The position numbers and the translations under genes are program-made. A DNA stretch of 40,982 bases, from NCBI GenBank assembly GCA_965662845.1, contig CBFIJD010000029.1, positions 1 to 40,982 of the forward strand. Reading direction: 5' to 3'. This DNA comes from an uncultured bacterium (lineage in GTDB: Bacteria > SAR324 > NAC60-12). Positions 18,825 through 27,655 of this stretch are shown here, in pieces. How positions within the stretch are numbered: the first letter of the stretch is position 1; each line of letters opens with the position of its first letter. Under the pieces are notes generated by a model. It did not search any database. It worked only from the letters and a program-made list of their open reading frames with translations, and was not told the DNA's origin.

Positions 18825-19568
18825 ATGACTCCACCTTTGCGTCTCATCCTTGAAGAGCTGATCTTCAGTCCGATCTTTTTCTGTGGCGTCTTTGGATTGC
18901 TGTATGTGCGATGGCGCTCGATCTCCGTGGCTCTTGCCTCCGCGCGCTGGTGGCTCTTCCCGGTGATGTTGCTGTTTTTGAGCAGCGATTGGTGCTATCA
19001 GCTGGTGGCGTATCCATTGAAAGTGATCACCCCTCTAAGCCAAAAGCAGCGAGTGGACGCAATCGTCGTCGCCGCAGCCGGTGTGCATGCCTCTGGAGCC
19101 CCCACCCACACCTCAGCGATCCGAGCCCACGCGGCAGGGACGCTCTATCTGGAAGGCTGGGCCCCATTGATTATTGTCTCAGGGGGAGTCACAGAACCCT
19201 ACACCCCCCCAGTAGAAATCAAAGGAATTCGCTTGATCTTGCGTGGAATGGGAGTCCCGGAAGAGGCGATTGTGGTCGAAACGCGCTCCACCAACACCTT
19301 TGAGAATGGCGTCGAGAGCGCGCGTCTGATTAAAGAGAGAGGGCTTAATAAAGTGCTCCTCATTTCTCATGATTATCATCTGTATCGACTCATGGCCGTC
19401 TTCGAGAAACAGCGGGTCTCCGCCCTCCCCTACGCGGCAAATCGTGCCTATCCTCACGAACCCAACCTGTGGTGGCGCCTGTTTGAATGGGAGAATTTCG
19501 GACGATTGCAAACGGTCACTCACGAGTATTTGGGCATCTTGTTCTACAAACTCGCCAACCGTATCTGA
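18825..19568 (+). CDS. YdcF/DUF218 (ElyC/SanA-like) envelope protein
   Basis: Two N-terminal TMs; DAIVV, IIVSGG, ETRSTNTFENG, SHDYHLYR, HEYLG. Confidence 0.9.
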   Translation: MTPPLRLILEELIFSPIFFCGVFGLLYVRWRSISVALASARWWLFPVMLLFLSSDWCYQLVAYPLKVITPLSQKQRVDAIVVAAAGVHASGAPTHTSAIRAHAAGTLYLEGWAPLIIVSGGVTEPYTPPVEIKGIRLILRGMGVPEEAIVVETRSTNTFENGVESARLIKERGLNKVLLISHDYHLYRLMAVFEKQRVSALPYAANRAYPHEPNLWWRLFEWENFGRLQTVTHEYLGILFYKLANRI

Positions 19569-19570
19569 GT

Positions 19571-20035
19571 ATGGATTTTCAAACTGCGGAGAACCTCGCC
19601 AAAGAGCTGCTCTGCCAACATCACCTCGACGAAAAAGGGTGGCGTTTTGCCTTTGACCGTGCCAAGAAGCGAGCCGGCTCATGCCGTTATGGGCAGCGGC
19701 TGATCACAGTCGCGCGCGACTACGCCAAAGCTGTCGATGAAGAAGAGTTCCGCAACACCGTCCTGCATGAGATCGCCCACGCTCTTGCTGGGCCAGAACA
19801 CGGACACGATGAGGTCTGGAAGCGAACGGCCCTCTCCATCGGGTGTGACGCCCAACGCTGCCACGTCATCACATTCACCGAACCTCCGTATCTGCTGACC
19901 TGCGAGAACGATTGTTTTCAGGTCAAACGGCACCGAGTGAAGAGTTCCTTCCTGCAAAAACGCATCTGCGCGATCTGTCACGGCAGCCTAAAGATCCGGG
20001 CCAATCCAGAATTTTCTCAGCGAGACACGGCCTAA
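19571..20035 (+). CDS. SprT-like zinc metalloprotease domain protein
   Basis: WRFAFDRAKKRAGSC, TVLHEIAHAL (HExxH), HGHDEVWK, and C-terminal CxxxC/CxxC. Confidence 0.9.
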   Translation: MDFQTAENLAKELLCQHHLDEKGWRFAFDRAKKRAGSCRYGQRLITVARDYAKAVDEEEFRNTVLHEIAHALAGPEHGHDEVWKRTALSIGCDAQRCHVITFTEPPYLLTCENDCFQVKRHRVKSSFLQKRICAICHGSLKIRANPEFSQRDTA

Positions 20036-20571
20036 TGAGCTGGTTAGAACGCTTTCAAGAGAACCGCAGACAGGTCGCCTTGCTCTTGGGGCTGTCTCTG
20101 CTCTTGCTTGGGACAGGGCTCTGGCGTTTTTGGTGGGAGCCCTTGCAGGTAGAGACGCGTCAGCTAGAGCTTCAAAAGACGCAGTGGCAGCAGCTGCTAC
20201 AACGAGAGGAAACGCCGAGCGCCCCGTCGTCGGTCGCGCTTGCAGCGCCCGCGACCGCTCAACCTCAAACAACGATCTCGGTTCTCAATGCCCTCACAAA
20301 CAGCCTCGCAGAACGCCAACTGACCCTCGCAGAACAACGGGTGCGTCCCCAACCCAGTTTGGCGTCAGGCAGGGTTCAAGAGCTGCAATTTTCGGCGGCG
20401 GGCACCTTTGAAAACTGGCAAAGCTGGTGGAAGCGTTGGCAAGCAAAGCATCCGAATTGGCATTGGCGCGACATCTCGATTCACAACGCCAACCCTGCGG
20501 AAGACGCACCGCAACTGCAATTCCAAGCTACAGGCCGTTGGTATAATCCCCCCACCGCAACCCAGCCGTGA
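20035..20571 (+). CDS. PilO/GspM-like bitopic protein
   Basis: TAATG coupling; TM, coiled coil and a ferredoxin-like C-domain (LQFSAAGTFENWQSW...DISI...LQFQATG). Confidence 0.55.
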   Translation: MSWLERFQENRRQVALLLGLSLLLLGTGLWRFWWEPLQVETRQLELQKTQWQQLLQREETPSAPSSVALAAPATAQPQTTISVLNALTNSLAERQLTLAEQRVRPQPSLASGRVQELQFSAAGTFENWQSWWKRWQAKHPNWHWRDISIHNANPAEDAPQLQFQATGRWYNPPTATQP

Positions 20572-21014
20572 AACCTTCCACCCTGCTGCTCCTTTGTTTT
20601 GGTTTTCTGCCCTTGGCGTGGGCCAATCCATTCTCCTCCAAATTGCCTGCGCCGCCGCCCGAATCTCCATCACCAAGGGACGTGACGGAACCGCCCGCTC
20701 GGGCAGAACGTCCCCAAGCTGCACCGGAAGCTCCAGCGGCCCCAGCGCCTGCGAGCGAGAAGATCTCTCCTGCACAACAGCCTCCCTCGCCGTGGGAGTG
20801 GCAAGGCTCCGTGCGCGTGGGGATGCAGCGCTGGATCCGGCTGCGCTATGAAGACGCGTGGCATTGGGTGCAAATCGGTCAGCAGGTCGCTGGGTGGACG
20901 GTCGTAGCGTGGCTAGACGACCGTCTGATGCTGCAAAAAGGGGATCAAAAGTTAGAGCTCACGCTCTCCCAACCTTCCCAGACCGCGACGAGCAACAGCG
21001 CGTTGGCGCAGTGA
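20568..21014 (+). CDS. PilP/GspC-like exported protein
   Basis: Signal peptide, ANPF motif, Pro linker, and a beta domain WEWQGSV...VQIGQQVAGWTVVAWLDDRLML. Confidence 0.55.
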   Translation: MKPSTLLLLCFGFLPLAWANPFSSKLPAPPPESPSPRDVTEPPARAERPQAAPEAPAAPAPASEKISPAQQPPSPWEWQGSVRVGMQRWIRLRYEDAWHWVQIGQQVAGWTVVAWLDDRLMLQKGDQKLELTLSQPSQTATSNSALAQ

Positions 21015-21319
21015 ACGCGCAGACAGGCGCCGCACCAATTGCGCGTTTGTAGCATCCTGCCGAATAAAGCGATGGAGACGAGTGTGGCCGGCGCCAGCAG
21101 CCAAAGGAGCGCTTGGAATAACAAATCAGGCTCTCTGTTCAGCCGCCACAAGAGCCACCCACACGCCAAATAAAACACAAGACCCAGCAGAGGGAAGACC
21201 TGTCGTTGCCAAGCAGCGGTGCGCCGACGGATGCACAAGCTCACAGCCGCTTGCATCCCAAGGGCAACGCCCCCCCACAACAACCAAATCAGGGCGGGTT
21301 CTTCAAAGCTTTCCATCAT
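20945..21319 (-). CDS. Small four-TM VKOR-like (vitamin K epoxide reductase family) protein
   Basis: ATGA-coupled to oxyR; PLLGLVFY in TM2 and WCGACLRVHCAN (CxxC-xxx-H-xx-N) at the start of TM4. Confidence 0.6.
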   Translation of the reverse strand: MMESFEEPALIWLLWGGVALGMQAAVSLCIRRRTAAWQRQVFPLLGLVFYLACGWLLWRLNREPDLLFQALLWLLAPATLVSIALFGRMLQTRNWCGACLRVHCANALLLVAVWEGWESVSSNF

Positions 21320-22224
21320 TTTCGAGTGGAGAGTGAGCGTTGCAGCAGCGGGCGCATCTGCTCGGCAATCGAGCGGAAACAGGCGTCTCTGCGAGAAGAC
21401 TTGCGATAGAGCAGCCCGAGCGTCCGAATGGGAGGCGGGCTCTCAAAGGGCAAATAGCGCACGGCTCCCCAAGCCTCTTGATCCAGCGGCACGGCAAACT
21501 CTGGCATCAGCGTGACCCCCGTCTCATTGGCGACCATGTGCCGAAGAGTCTCGAGGCTTGTGCCTTGAAACCCTTGGTTCCCAGTGGCTCCGGCGTGCAT
21601 GCAGACGTCCAGCGCTTGATCTCGCAGGCAGTGGCCATCTTCTAATAAAAGGATGTTCTCATGCCGCAGATCGGTCTCGTTGATTTTTTCTTTGCGAGCC
21701 AGCGTGTGGTTCTCTGAGACCGCGAGCCAGAAGGGTTCTTCGACCAAACTCAACACCTCTAGCCCATGCTCATCCACGGGTAGCGCCAGCACAATCGCGT
21801 CCAGTTGAGTCTGCCTCAAGCGCTCCAACAGCTGGTGCGTCTGAGCCTCGAAGAGAAAGAACTCTAACGCTGGGAAATGCTGCTTCAACGCCGGCATGAT
21901 CTTAGGGAGTAGATAGGGCGCGACCGTGTGAATCAGCCCCAAACGAACTTTTCCACAGTAGGGATTGCTAAAGGTTTGGGCAATTTCTTCAATTTGTGCG
22001 GCTTCGTGCAAGACGCGGCGCGCTCGCCCGACAACCTCTTGCCCGACTTCGGTGAGCTGAACCGTGCGCTGTGTCCGTTCCACCAGCTGCACTCCCAGAT
22101 AGTCCTCCAATTTGCGTAGTTGTCCGCTGAGGGTCGGTTGCGTTGCGTGACAAATTTCGGCGGCTTTGCGAAAGCTCCGTGCATCCGCAATCGCGACAAG
22201 GTATTCCAAATCTCGCAAGTTCAT
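21316..22224 (-). CDS. oxyR: Hydrogen peroxide-sensing LysR regulator OxyR
   Basis: MNLRDLEYLVA HTH; redox Cys pair in LEDGHCLRDQALDVC; TSLETLRHMVA. Confidence 0.96.
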   Translation of the reverse strand: MNLRDLEYLVAIADARSFRKAAEICHATQPTLSGQLRKLEDYLGVQLVERTQRTVQLTEVGQEVVGRARRVLHEAAQIEEIAQTFSNPYCGKVRLGLIHTVAPYLLPKIMPALKQHFPALEFFLFEAQTHQLLERLRQTQLDAIVLALPVDEHGLEVLSLVEEPFWLAVSENHTLARKEKINETDLRHENILLLEDGHCLRDQALDVCMHAGATGNQGFQGTSLETLRHMVANETGVTLMPEFAVPLDQEAWGAVRYLPFESPPPIRTLGLLYRKSSRRDACFRSIAEQMRPLLQRSLSTRK

Positions 22225-22236
22225 GCGGCCCTTTTG

Positions 22237-22273
22237 ATAGATAAAATCAATAATTGAAAAGAAAAATAACGAT
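22237..22273. promoter_or_regulatory. OxyR-binding site in the oxyR/prx divergent region
   Basis: ATAG-N7-CAAT-N7-AAGA-N7-CGAT versus the consensus ATAG-N7-CTAT-N7-ATAG-N7-CTAT; the spacing is exact. Confidence 0.7.
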
Positions 22274-22433
22274 TAGACAAATCAAAAACATTCTTGCATC
22301 ATCGTGATCACGAACTGCAACCATAACTTCGATTGATGTCTCAAAGCATGAGTTGAAAGTAAAAGCGTTGCTGCTCGGTCGTGTGGGGCTGAGGGCTCCC
22401 GTCATTTCATCATTACCATCCCAAAGGAGCACT

Positions 22434-23144
22434 ATGGAAAATCGAGAAGGACAACAAGTCCCCGACGTCACGTTTCAGGTCCGCGAAGGAAGCGAGTGGA
22501 AAGAAGTCACGACCAACGACATCTTTGCCAACAAGACCGTGGTGGTCTTCGCTCTCCCCGGCGCTTTCACGCCGACTTGTTCCACGGCGCACGTGCCGCG
22601 CTACAATGAGCTTTTCCCAATGTTTCAGGAAAATGGCGTGGACAGCATCGTTTGTTTGTCAGTGAACGATACGTTTGTGATGAACTCTTGGAAAGAAGAT
22701 CAAGACGCCGAGAACATTTACTTCCTTCCTGATGGGAACGGTGAGTTCAGCGAAAAAATGGGCATGCTCGTCGGCAAAGAAAATCTGGGGTTCGGCAAGC
22801 GTTCGTGGCGCTACTCAATGCTCGTGAAAAACAAGAAGATCGAGAAAATGTTCATTGAGCCCGACGTGGAAGGGGACCCGTACGAAGTCTCTGACGCAGA
22901 CACGATGATCAAGCACATCAACCCCAATGTACAGCTGCACAACGTCTTCATCATGACCAAGCCGGGCTGCCCTCACTGCGCACGTGCCAAGCAGCTGCTG
23001 AACGACAAGGGGATCGCATACGCGGAGGCGAGCGCTTCGCCACGCATGTTGCGCGCCGCTACGAACGGTGAGACCTGGCCACAAATCTTTGTGGATGGCA
23101 AATTGGTCGGCACCGCGAATGATCTTGAAGAATTCCTCAAGTGA
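22434..23144 (+). CDS. pgdx: Hybrid peroxiredoxin(Prx5)-glutaredoxin
   Basis: AAGGAG RBS; PGAFTPTCS, SVNDTFVM, RSWRYSM; Grx domain CPHC...TWPQIF. Confidence 0.95.
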   Translation: MENREGQQVPDVTFQVREGSEWKEVTTNDIFANKTVVVFALPGAFTPTCSTAHVPRYNELFPMFQENGVDSIVCLSVNDTFVMNSWKEDQDAENIYFLPDGNGEFSEKMGMLVGKENLGFGKRSWRYSMLVKNKKIEKMFIEPDVEGDPYEVSDADTMIKHINPNVQLHNVFIMTKPGCPHCARAKQLLNDKGIAYAEASASPRMLRAATNGETWPQIFVDGKLVGTANDLEEFLK

Positions 23145-23159
23145 TCTGACGCTCTCTGT

Positions 23160-23193
23160 CCCTGAAGGTTGAGCCTCCTAGCAACCTTCGGGG
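23160..23193 (+). other. Stable intergenic hairpin between prx-grx and the disulfide reductase
   Basis: CCCTGAAGGTTG-(10 nt)-CAACCTTCGGGG, a 12-bp stem with one G-U pair and no U-tract. Confidence 0.55.
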
Positions 23194-23337
23194 CCCAGAC
23201 ACAACGGAGGGCTTGGATGGGAGACTCGCTATCTCTTCTTCTCAGACGTGAGAGCAAGATTCCTAAATCAGCGGCTTTCGACTCTCTCCCAAAAAAGTTA
23301 CATTCTCGCATTTTCCCCCTCTTCTACGGAGTAATTT

Positions 23338-24738
23338 ATGGCAAACAAAAAACAAGTTGATGTGGCAATTATCGGCACTGGATCAGCAGGCATGGCGGCT
23401 TATCGGGCAGCTCGCGCTCACACAGACAGCATCGCGCTAATTGAAGGCGGCGCCTATGGAACCACCTGCGCACGCGTGGGTTGCATGCCGAGCAAACTGC
23501 TGATCGCCGCCGCTGAAGCCGCCCACGGAATCGAGAAGGCTGCTGGGTTTGGAGTACACATCGAAGGCAAGCCCCTCATCAACGGCCAAGAGGTCATGCA
23601 CCGAGTGCGCAGCGAGCGCGATCGCTTTGTGGGCTTTGTGCTGGAGTCTGTTGAAGGTTTTGACGAAAAACACAGAGTGCGCGGCTATGCGCACTTCGTA
23701 GATGATCACACTCTCAACGTGGAAGATGAACTCTACGAAGCAAAGTCGATTGTGATCGCCACCGGCTCCACCCCGAACGTCCTGCCGATCTTCAGCGGGC
23801 TCGGCGACCGATTGATCATCAATGACGACGTCTTTGATTGGCACAACCTGCCCAAATCTGTCGTGGTTTTTGGGCCGGGCGTCATTGGTTTGGAGCTGGG
23901 TCAAGCGCTGCATCGTCTTGGTGTTCGTGTGAGGATGTTCGGAGTAGGTGGCTTCGTCGGGCCCTTGACCGACCCTGAAATCAAGACCTATGCAGAGAAG
24001 ACCTTCCAGAGCGAATTCCCACTCGACACCGACGCCAAGGTCAATGAAATCAAACGAGAGGGGCAGGAAGTGGTGGTGAAGTTCCTCAACGCTGAGGGAG
24101 AAGAGGTCGAAGAGCGCTTCGAGTACCTGCTCGCCGCAACTGGACGCAAACCAAGTGTTCACAACTTGGGATTAGACAAGACGTCCCTCGAGTTAGACCC
24201 ACGCGGTGTGCCCACCTTCAATCCACACACCATGCAATGTGGATCGAGCAGCATCTTCATCGCGGGAGACGTGAACAATCAGCTACCGCTCCTGCACGAA
24301 GCCTCCGACGAAGGCCGGATTGCAGGCGACAATGCGGGGCGGTTCCCCGAAGTGCACGAAGGCGCTCGTCGGGCGGCGATCAGCGTCGTGTTCTGTGATC
24401 CTCAGATCGCGATGGTCGGGAAGATGTGGCGTGAGCTAGAGAACACCGCTTTTGTCACCGGGCGCGTCTCCTTTGAAGGCCAAGGTCGCAGCCGCGTGAT
24501 GCTCAAAAACAAAGGGCTGCTGCATGCTTACGCAGACCCGCAAACAGGAAAGTTTTTGGGCGCTGAGATCTTCGGGCCGCATGTTGAGCACATGGCGCAC
24601 TTGCTCTCTTGGGCCTATCAGCAAAACCTCACCATCCCTCAGATGCTGGATATGCCGTTCTATCACCCTGTCATTGAAGAAGGACTGCGCACAGCGTTGC
24701 GCGACGCGAACGCACAGCTTCAACTCGCTGCAGCATGA
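23338..24738 (+). CDS. Class-I pyridine nucleotide-disulfide oxidoreductase (dihydrolipoamide dehydrogenase-like type found beside hybrid Prx-Grx)
   Basis: IIGTGSAG FAD motif, GTTCARVGCMPSK, GPGVIGLE, YHPVIEEG. Confidence 0.92.
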   Translation: MANKKQVDVAIIGTGSAGMAAYRAARAHTDSIALIEGGAYGTTCARVGCMPSKLLIAAAEAAHGIEKAAGFGVHIEGKPLINGQEVMHRVRSERDRFVGFVLESVEGFDEKHRVRGYAHFVDDHTLNVEDELYEAKSIVIATGSTPNVLPIFSGLGDRLIINDDVFDWHNLPKSVVVFGPGVIGLELGQALHRLGVRVRMFGVGGFVGPLTDPEIKTYAEKTFQSEFPLDTDAKVNEIKREGQEVVVKFLNAEGEEVEERFEYLLAATGRKPSVHNLGLDKTSLELDPRGVPTFNPHTMQCGSSSIFIAGDVNNQLPLLHEASDEGRIAGDNAGRFPEVHEGARRAAISVVFCDPQIAMVGKMWRELENTAFVTGRVSFEGQGRSRVMLKNKGLLHAYADPQTGKFLGAEIFGPHVEHMAHLLSWAYQQNLTIPQMLDMPFYHPVIEEGLRTALRDANAQLQLAAA

Positions 24739-25412
24739 GCGAGACGGCCTCGCTCTCTTCCAAAGCGGTTCGAGAAATTCTTGATCAAAACGGTGTCTCC
24801 TGCTCCGACGAGCAGTGGGCACGACTGGAAGCATGGGCGAGTAACCTGCTCTCCATCAATCAACAAATTAACCTCATCTCTCGCACCAACACTGAACACT
24901 TCTGGGAACAGCACATCCTCCACAGCTTGTCGGTGTTGGCGCTCTGCGACCTCCCTCACAACCTGGAGCTGTGCGACTTCGGAACCGGCGGTGGCCTGCC
25001 CGGAGTCCCTCTTGCCATTATGCGTCCTGACTGGGACGTCGTGTTGCTCGACGCGCGTCAGAAGAAGATTCGCGCCATCGAAGCGACCCTGTCGAGTTTG
25101 GGACTCTCCAACATTCGCTGGGTGAGTGGACGCGGGGAAGAATTGGGCCAGACCCCTGCCTACCAAAACCGCTTCCGCTGGTTCACTGCGCGGGCCGTCT
25201 CAGCGCTCTCCAACTTAGAAGCGTGGACGCGCACGCTGCGCACTCCCCGCGCGAACTTGATCGCTTACAAAGGAGGAGTCCTCTCTGACGAAAACATCCC
25301 CCCTCACGAGATCCCCAACCTAGCTCAATGCGATGAGCTCCTCATTGACCTCAAGAGCTATCACGAGTTCGCCCGCCAAGAAAAAAAGCTGGTAACCCTG
25401 CGCTTTTGTTGA
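24735..25412 (+). CDS. rsmG: 16S rRNA (guanine527-N7)-methyltransferase
   Basis: NQQINLIS, HILHSL, DFGTGGGLPGVPLAI, LLDARQKK, ARAVS. Confidence 0.95.
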   Translation: MSETASLSSKAVREILDQNGVSCSDEQWARLEAWASNLLSINQQINLISRTNTEHFWEQHILHSLSVLALCDLPHNLELCDFGTGGGLPGVPLAIMRPDWDVVLLDARQKKIRAIEATLSSLGLSNIRWVSGRGEELGQTPAYQNRFRWFTARAVSALSNLEAWTRTLRTPRANLIAYKGGVLSDENIPPHEIPNLAQCDELLIDLKSYHEFARQEKKLVTLRFC

Positions 25413-25490
25413 ACGCCACTTCAACATTTGCAGTCAGGTAGCCTTTCTGATACCAAAAGCGGCTTTGCCATCAAGATGAGGAGCCAGCGC

Positions 25491-25829
25491 ATGCAAGCCA
25501 CCCACACAATCCAAGATGACATCTGCGTTGTCAGCCTGAAGGGAGCCCTTGACTTTGAGCACTCTGCCAAACTGCGCGAGTACGTCGTCCCTCTCATCGA
25601 AGACTTTAAGGTGCAAACGATCATCTTCGATGTGCATGAGGTCGATTTTATGGACTCTGGAGGCATTGGAGTGATCATCACGTCTTACATCACTCTCAGC
25701 AAGCGCTACGCGAATTTTGCGCTCATTCGAGCTACTCCAAGTGTCGCTCACACCATCGAACTCTGTGGTTTGCGCGAACAAGTGCCGGTGTTCGATGACC
25801 TCGACCAAGCCATTGACTACTTCTCTTAA
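25491..25829 (+). CDS. STAS domain anti-sigma factor antagonist
   Basis: GAGGAG RBS; SLKGALD...VDFMDSGGIG. Confidence 0.9.
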   Translation: MQATHTIQDDICVVSLKGALDFEHSAKLREYVVPLIEDFKVQTIIFDVHEVDFMDSGGIGVIITSYITLSKRYANFALIRATPSVAHTIELCGLREQVPVFDDLDQAIDYFS

Positions 25830-25866
25830 CGTCTGTTGCCACGACCGTCTGTTACTGTAGGTCTTC

Positions 25867-27654
25867 ATGTCCACGAATCCCCCCATCGACTCGATTGCTT
25901 TGTTCCCCTTCTGCGAGCAAGACACCGAGTTACGCTTCACGCGCATCTTGCACCCGCGGGCGGATCAAAATTTTGACCACTGGTTGGGGACGGCGGAGAC
26001 AGAGCACACCACGCTAGACCCGTTGGTGATGCAGGCCAAACAAAGTGTGCTTCAGACCGGAAAAAGCAAAACCCTGGAAGTGGAGCGCAAACTTCGAGGT
26101 GAGATGCAAGTGTTTCAGGTTCGCATCAAGCCCATTTTTGATGAGGGCAGAGTCAATGGCCTCGCGACCTTCAGCCAAGATGTGACCCGCCTCTATCGAC
26201 AACAGCAGGAGCTCAGCACCAGTCGAGAACAGTTTTCAGGCTTGTTACAAAATCTCCCCACCGCAGTGCTCATCATCCAAGAACAACACGCCACCGTCCA
26301 CTGGGTAAACCCCGCTGCCGAAGAGCTCCTGGAAGTAGAATATGAAGACTGCTTAGGGGAGCCCGTTCAACATTGGTTTCAGATCAATGTGGAGCACTTG
26401 CGCGCTCAACTCACCCAATCGTCAAGAGTGCGATTTGAAGCCGCCGATGTGCACACCAGCTCTCGCCGCGCGCGCAAAGTTTTGTTGCAAGTCAGCCGCA
26501 TCGAATATTCCAGCACGCCCTGCTTGCTGTTCGACTGCGTAGACATCACCGAGCAATTCGCGCTGCAAGAGCAGGTGCGGCAGCACGAAGAGACCCTGCG
26601 CTTGGTTCAGGAAGGGGCGCGGGATGGCATTTGGGATTGGAATTGGCTCACCGAAGAGGCGGTCTTCTCAGCGCGCTTCTTGGAATTGTTGGGGCTGAGT
26701 GCGAAGCGGCGGTTCTCGGTCAACGAATGGTGGGAGCGGGTGCATTGGGAGGATCGCCCCGCGTTAGAAGAGTGCCTCCAAGGCTTCCGCGAAGGTTCGT
26801 GTGCAGCCGATGTGTTCTCATTGGAGACACGTCTGAGAAACCGCGCGCGACAGTATCGCTGGTTTTTGATGCGCGGAAAAGTGTTGCGCAACCCCCGCAC
26901 TCACAAGACCGAGCGCATGGTGGGCACACTGACCGACATTCATGATTTTCGCGCTGCCCAAGATAAAGCCGTGCAGGCTTCCAAGCTGGAATTGGTAGGA
27001 GAGGCCACGTCAAGTCTGGCCCACGAGTTAAAGACGCCCCTGGCCTCGATTCGTCTCAAAGCCGAATTGCTCGAAAATTTGCTCCCGCCACAAAGTCCAG
27101 ACAAGCTCAAGAGCAAACTTCAGGAGATTGCGCACACTGTCGATGAGGTGACGCGTGACCTAGGGCAACTGCAAAAGCACATGCAGCAACACTTTCGCCA
27201 CGAACGCACAGACTGCAATCTGCGCGAACTCGCTCAAAATGCGATGGCGTTGCTTCAATCGCGCTTACAAGGCCAAAGGATTCTGTTCAAAATGCAGATT
27301 CCCGATCGTTTTCCCACAGTGCACGCCAACGCTGCGCAATTAGAGCGCATGTTTCTGCAGCTGCTCACCAATGCTTGTGACGCGCTCACAGAGCGAGAAG
27401 ACCCGGAGATTGTGTTAACGGGAAGCAGCGAAGGAGGGTATGCCGTGATGGAAGTGCAGGACAATGGCTGTGGGATTCCCTCTGAGAACCTCAACAAAAT
27501 CTTCCAACCTTTTTTTTCAACCAAAGCCAACGGAACCGGCCTTGGTCTCGCGATGGTGAGGCGGGCGGCGGAAGAGCACAGCGGGCGGGTGGAGTGCCAG
27601 TCGGAGGAAGGCGCAGGCTCGGTCTTCACCATCCGCCTTCCGACGGTGACTTAG
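25867..27654 (+). CDS. Cytoplasmic multi-PAS sensor histidine kinase
   Basis: PAS (WVNPAAEELL), PAS_3 (DGIWDWN...RVHWEDR), H-box LAHELKTPL, N/G boxes (LLTNACDA, DNGCGI, FFSTK, GTGLGL). Confidence 0.93.
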   Translation: MSTNPPIDSIALFPFCEQDTELRFTRILHPRADQNFDHWLGTAETEHTTLDPLVMQAKQSVLQTGKSKTLEVERKLRGEMQVFQVRIKPIFDEGRVNGLATFSQDVTRLYRQQQELSTSREQFSGLLQNLPTAVLIIQEQHATVHWVNPAAEELLEVEYEDCLGEPVQHWFQINVEHLRAQLTQSSRVRFEAADVHTSSRRARKVLLQVSRIEYSSTPCLLFDCVDITEQFALQEQVRQHEETLRLVQEGARDGIWDWNWLTEEAVFSARFLELLGLSAKRRFSVNEWWERVHWEDRPALEECLQGFREGSCAADVFSLETRLRNRARQYRWFLMRGKVLRNPRTHKTERMVGTLTDIHDFRAAQDKAVQASKLELVGEATSSLAHELKTPLASIRLKAELLENLLPPQSPDKLKSKLQEIAHTVDEVTRDLGQLQKHMQQHFRHERTDCNLRELAQNAMALLQSRLQGQRILFKMQIPDRFPTVHANAAQLERMFLQLLTNACDALTEREDPEIVLTGSSEGGYAVMEVQDNGCGIPSENLNKIFQPFFSTKANGTGLGLAMVRRAAEEHSGRVECQSEEGAGSVFTIRLPTVT

Positions 27655-27655
27655 A

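Noticed and set aside
23338..24738. Assigning lpdA (E3 of 2-oxoacid dehydrogenases)
   Set aside because: No E1/E2 genes are nearby; the context and the CARVGCMPSK/YHPVIEEG motifs fit the Prx-Grx-associated subgroup.
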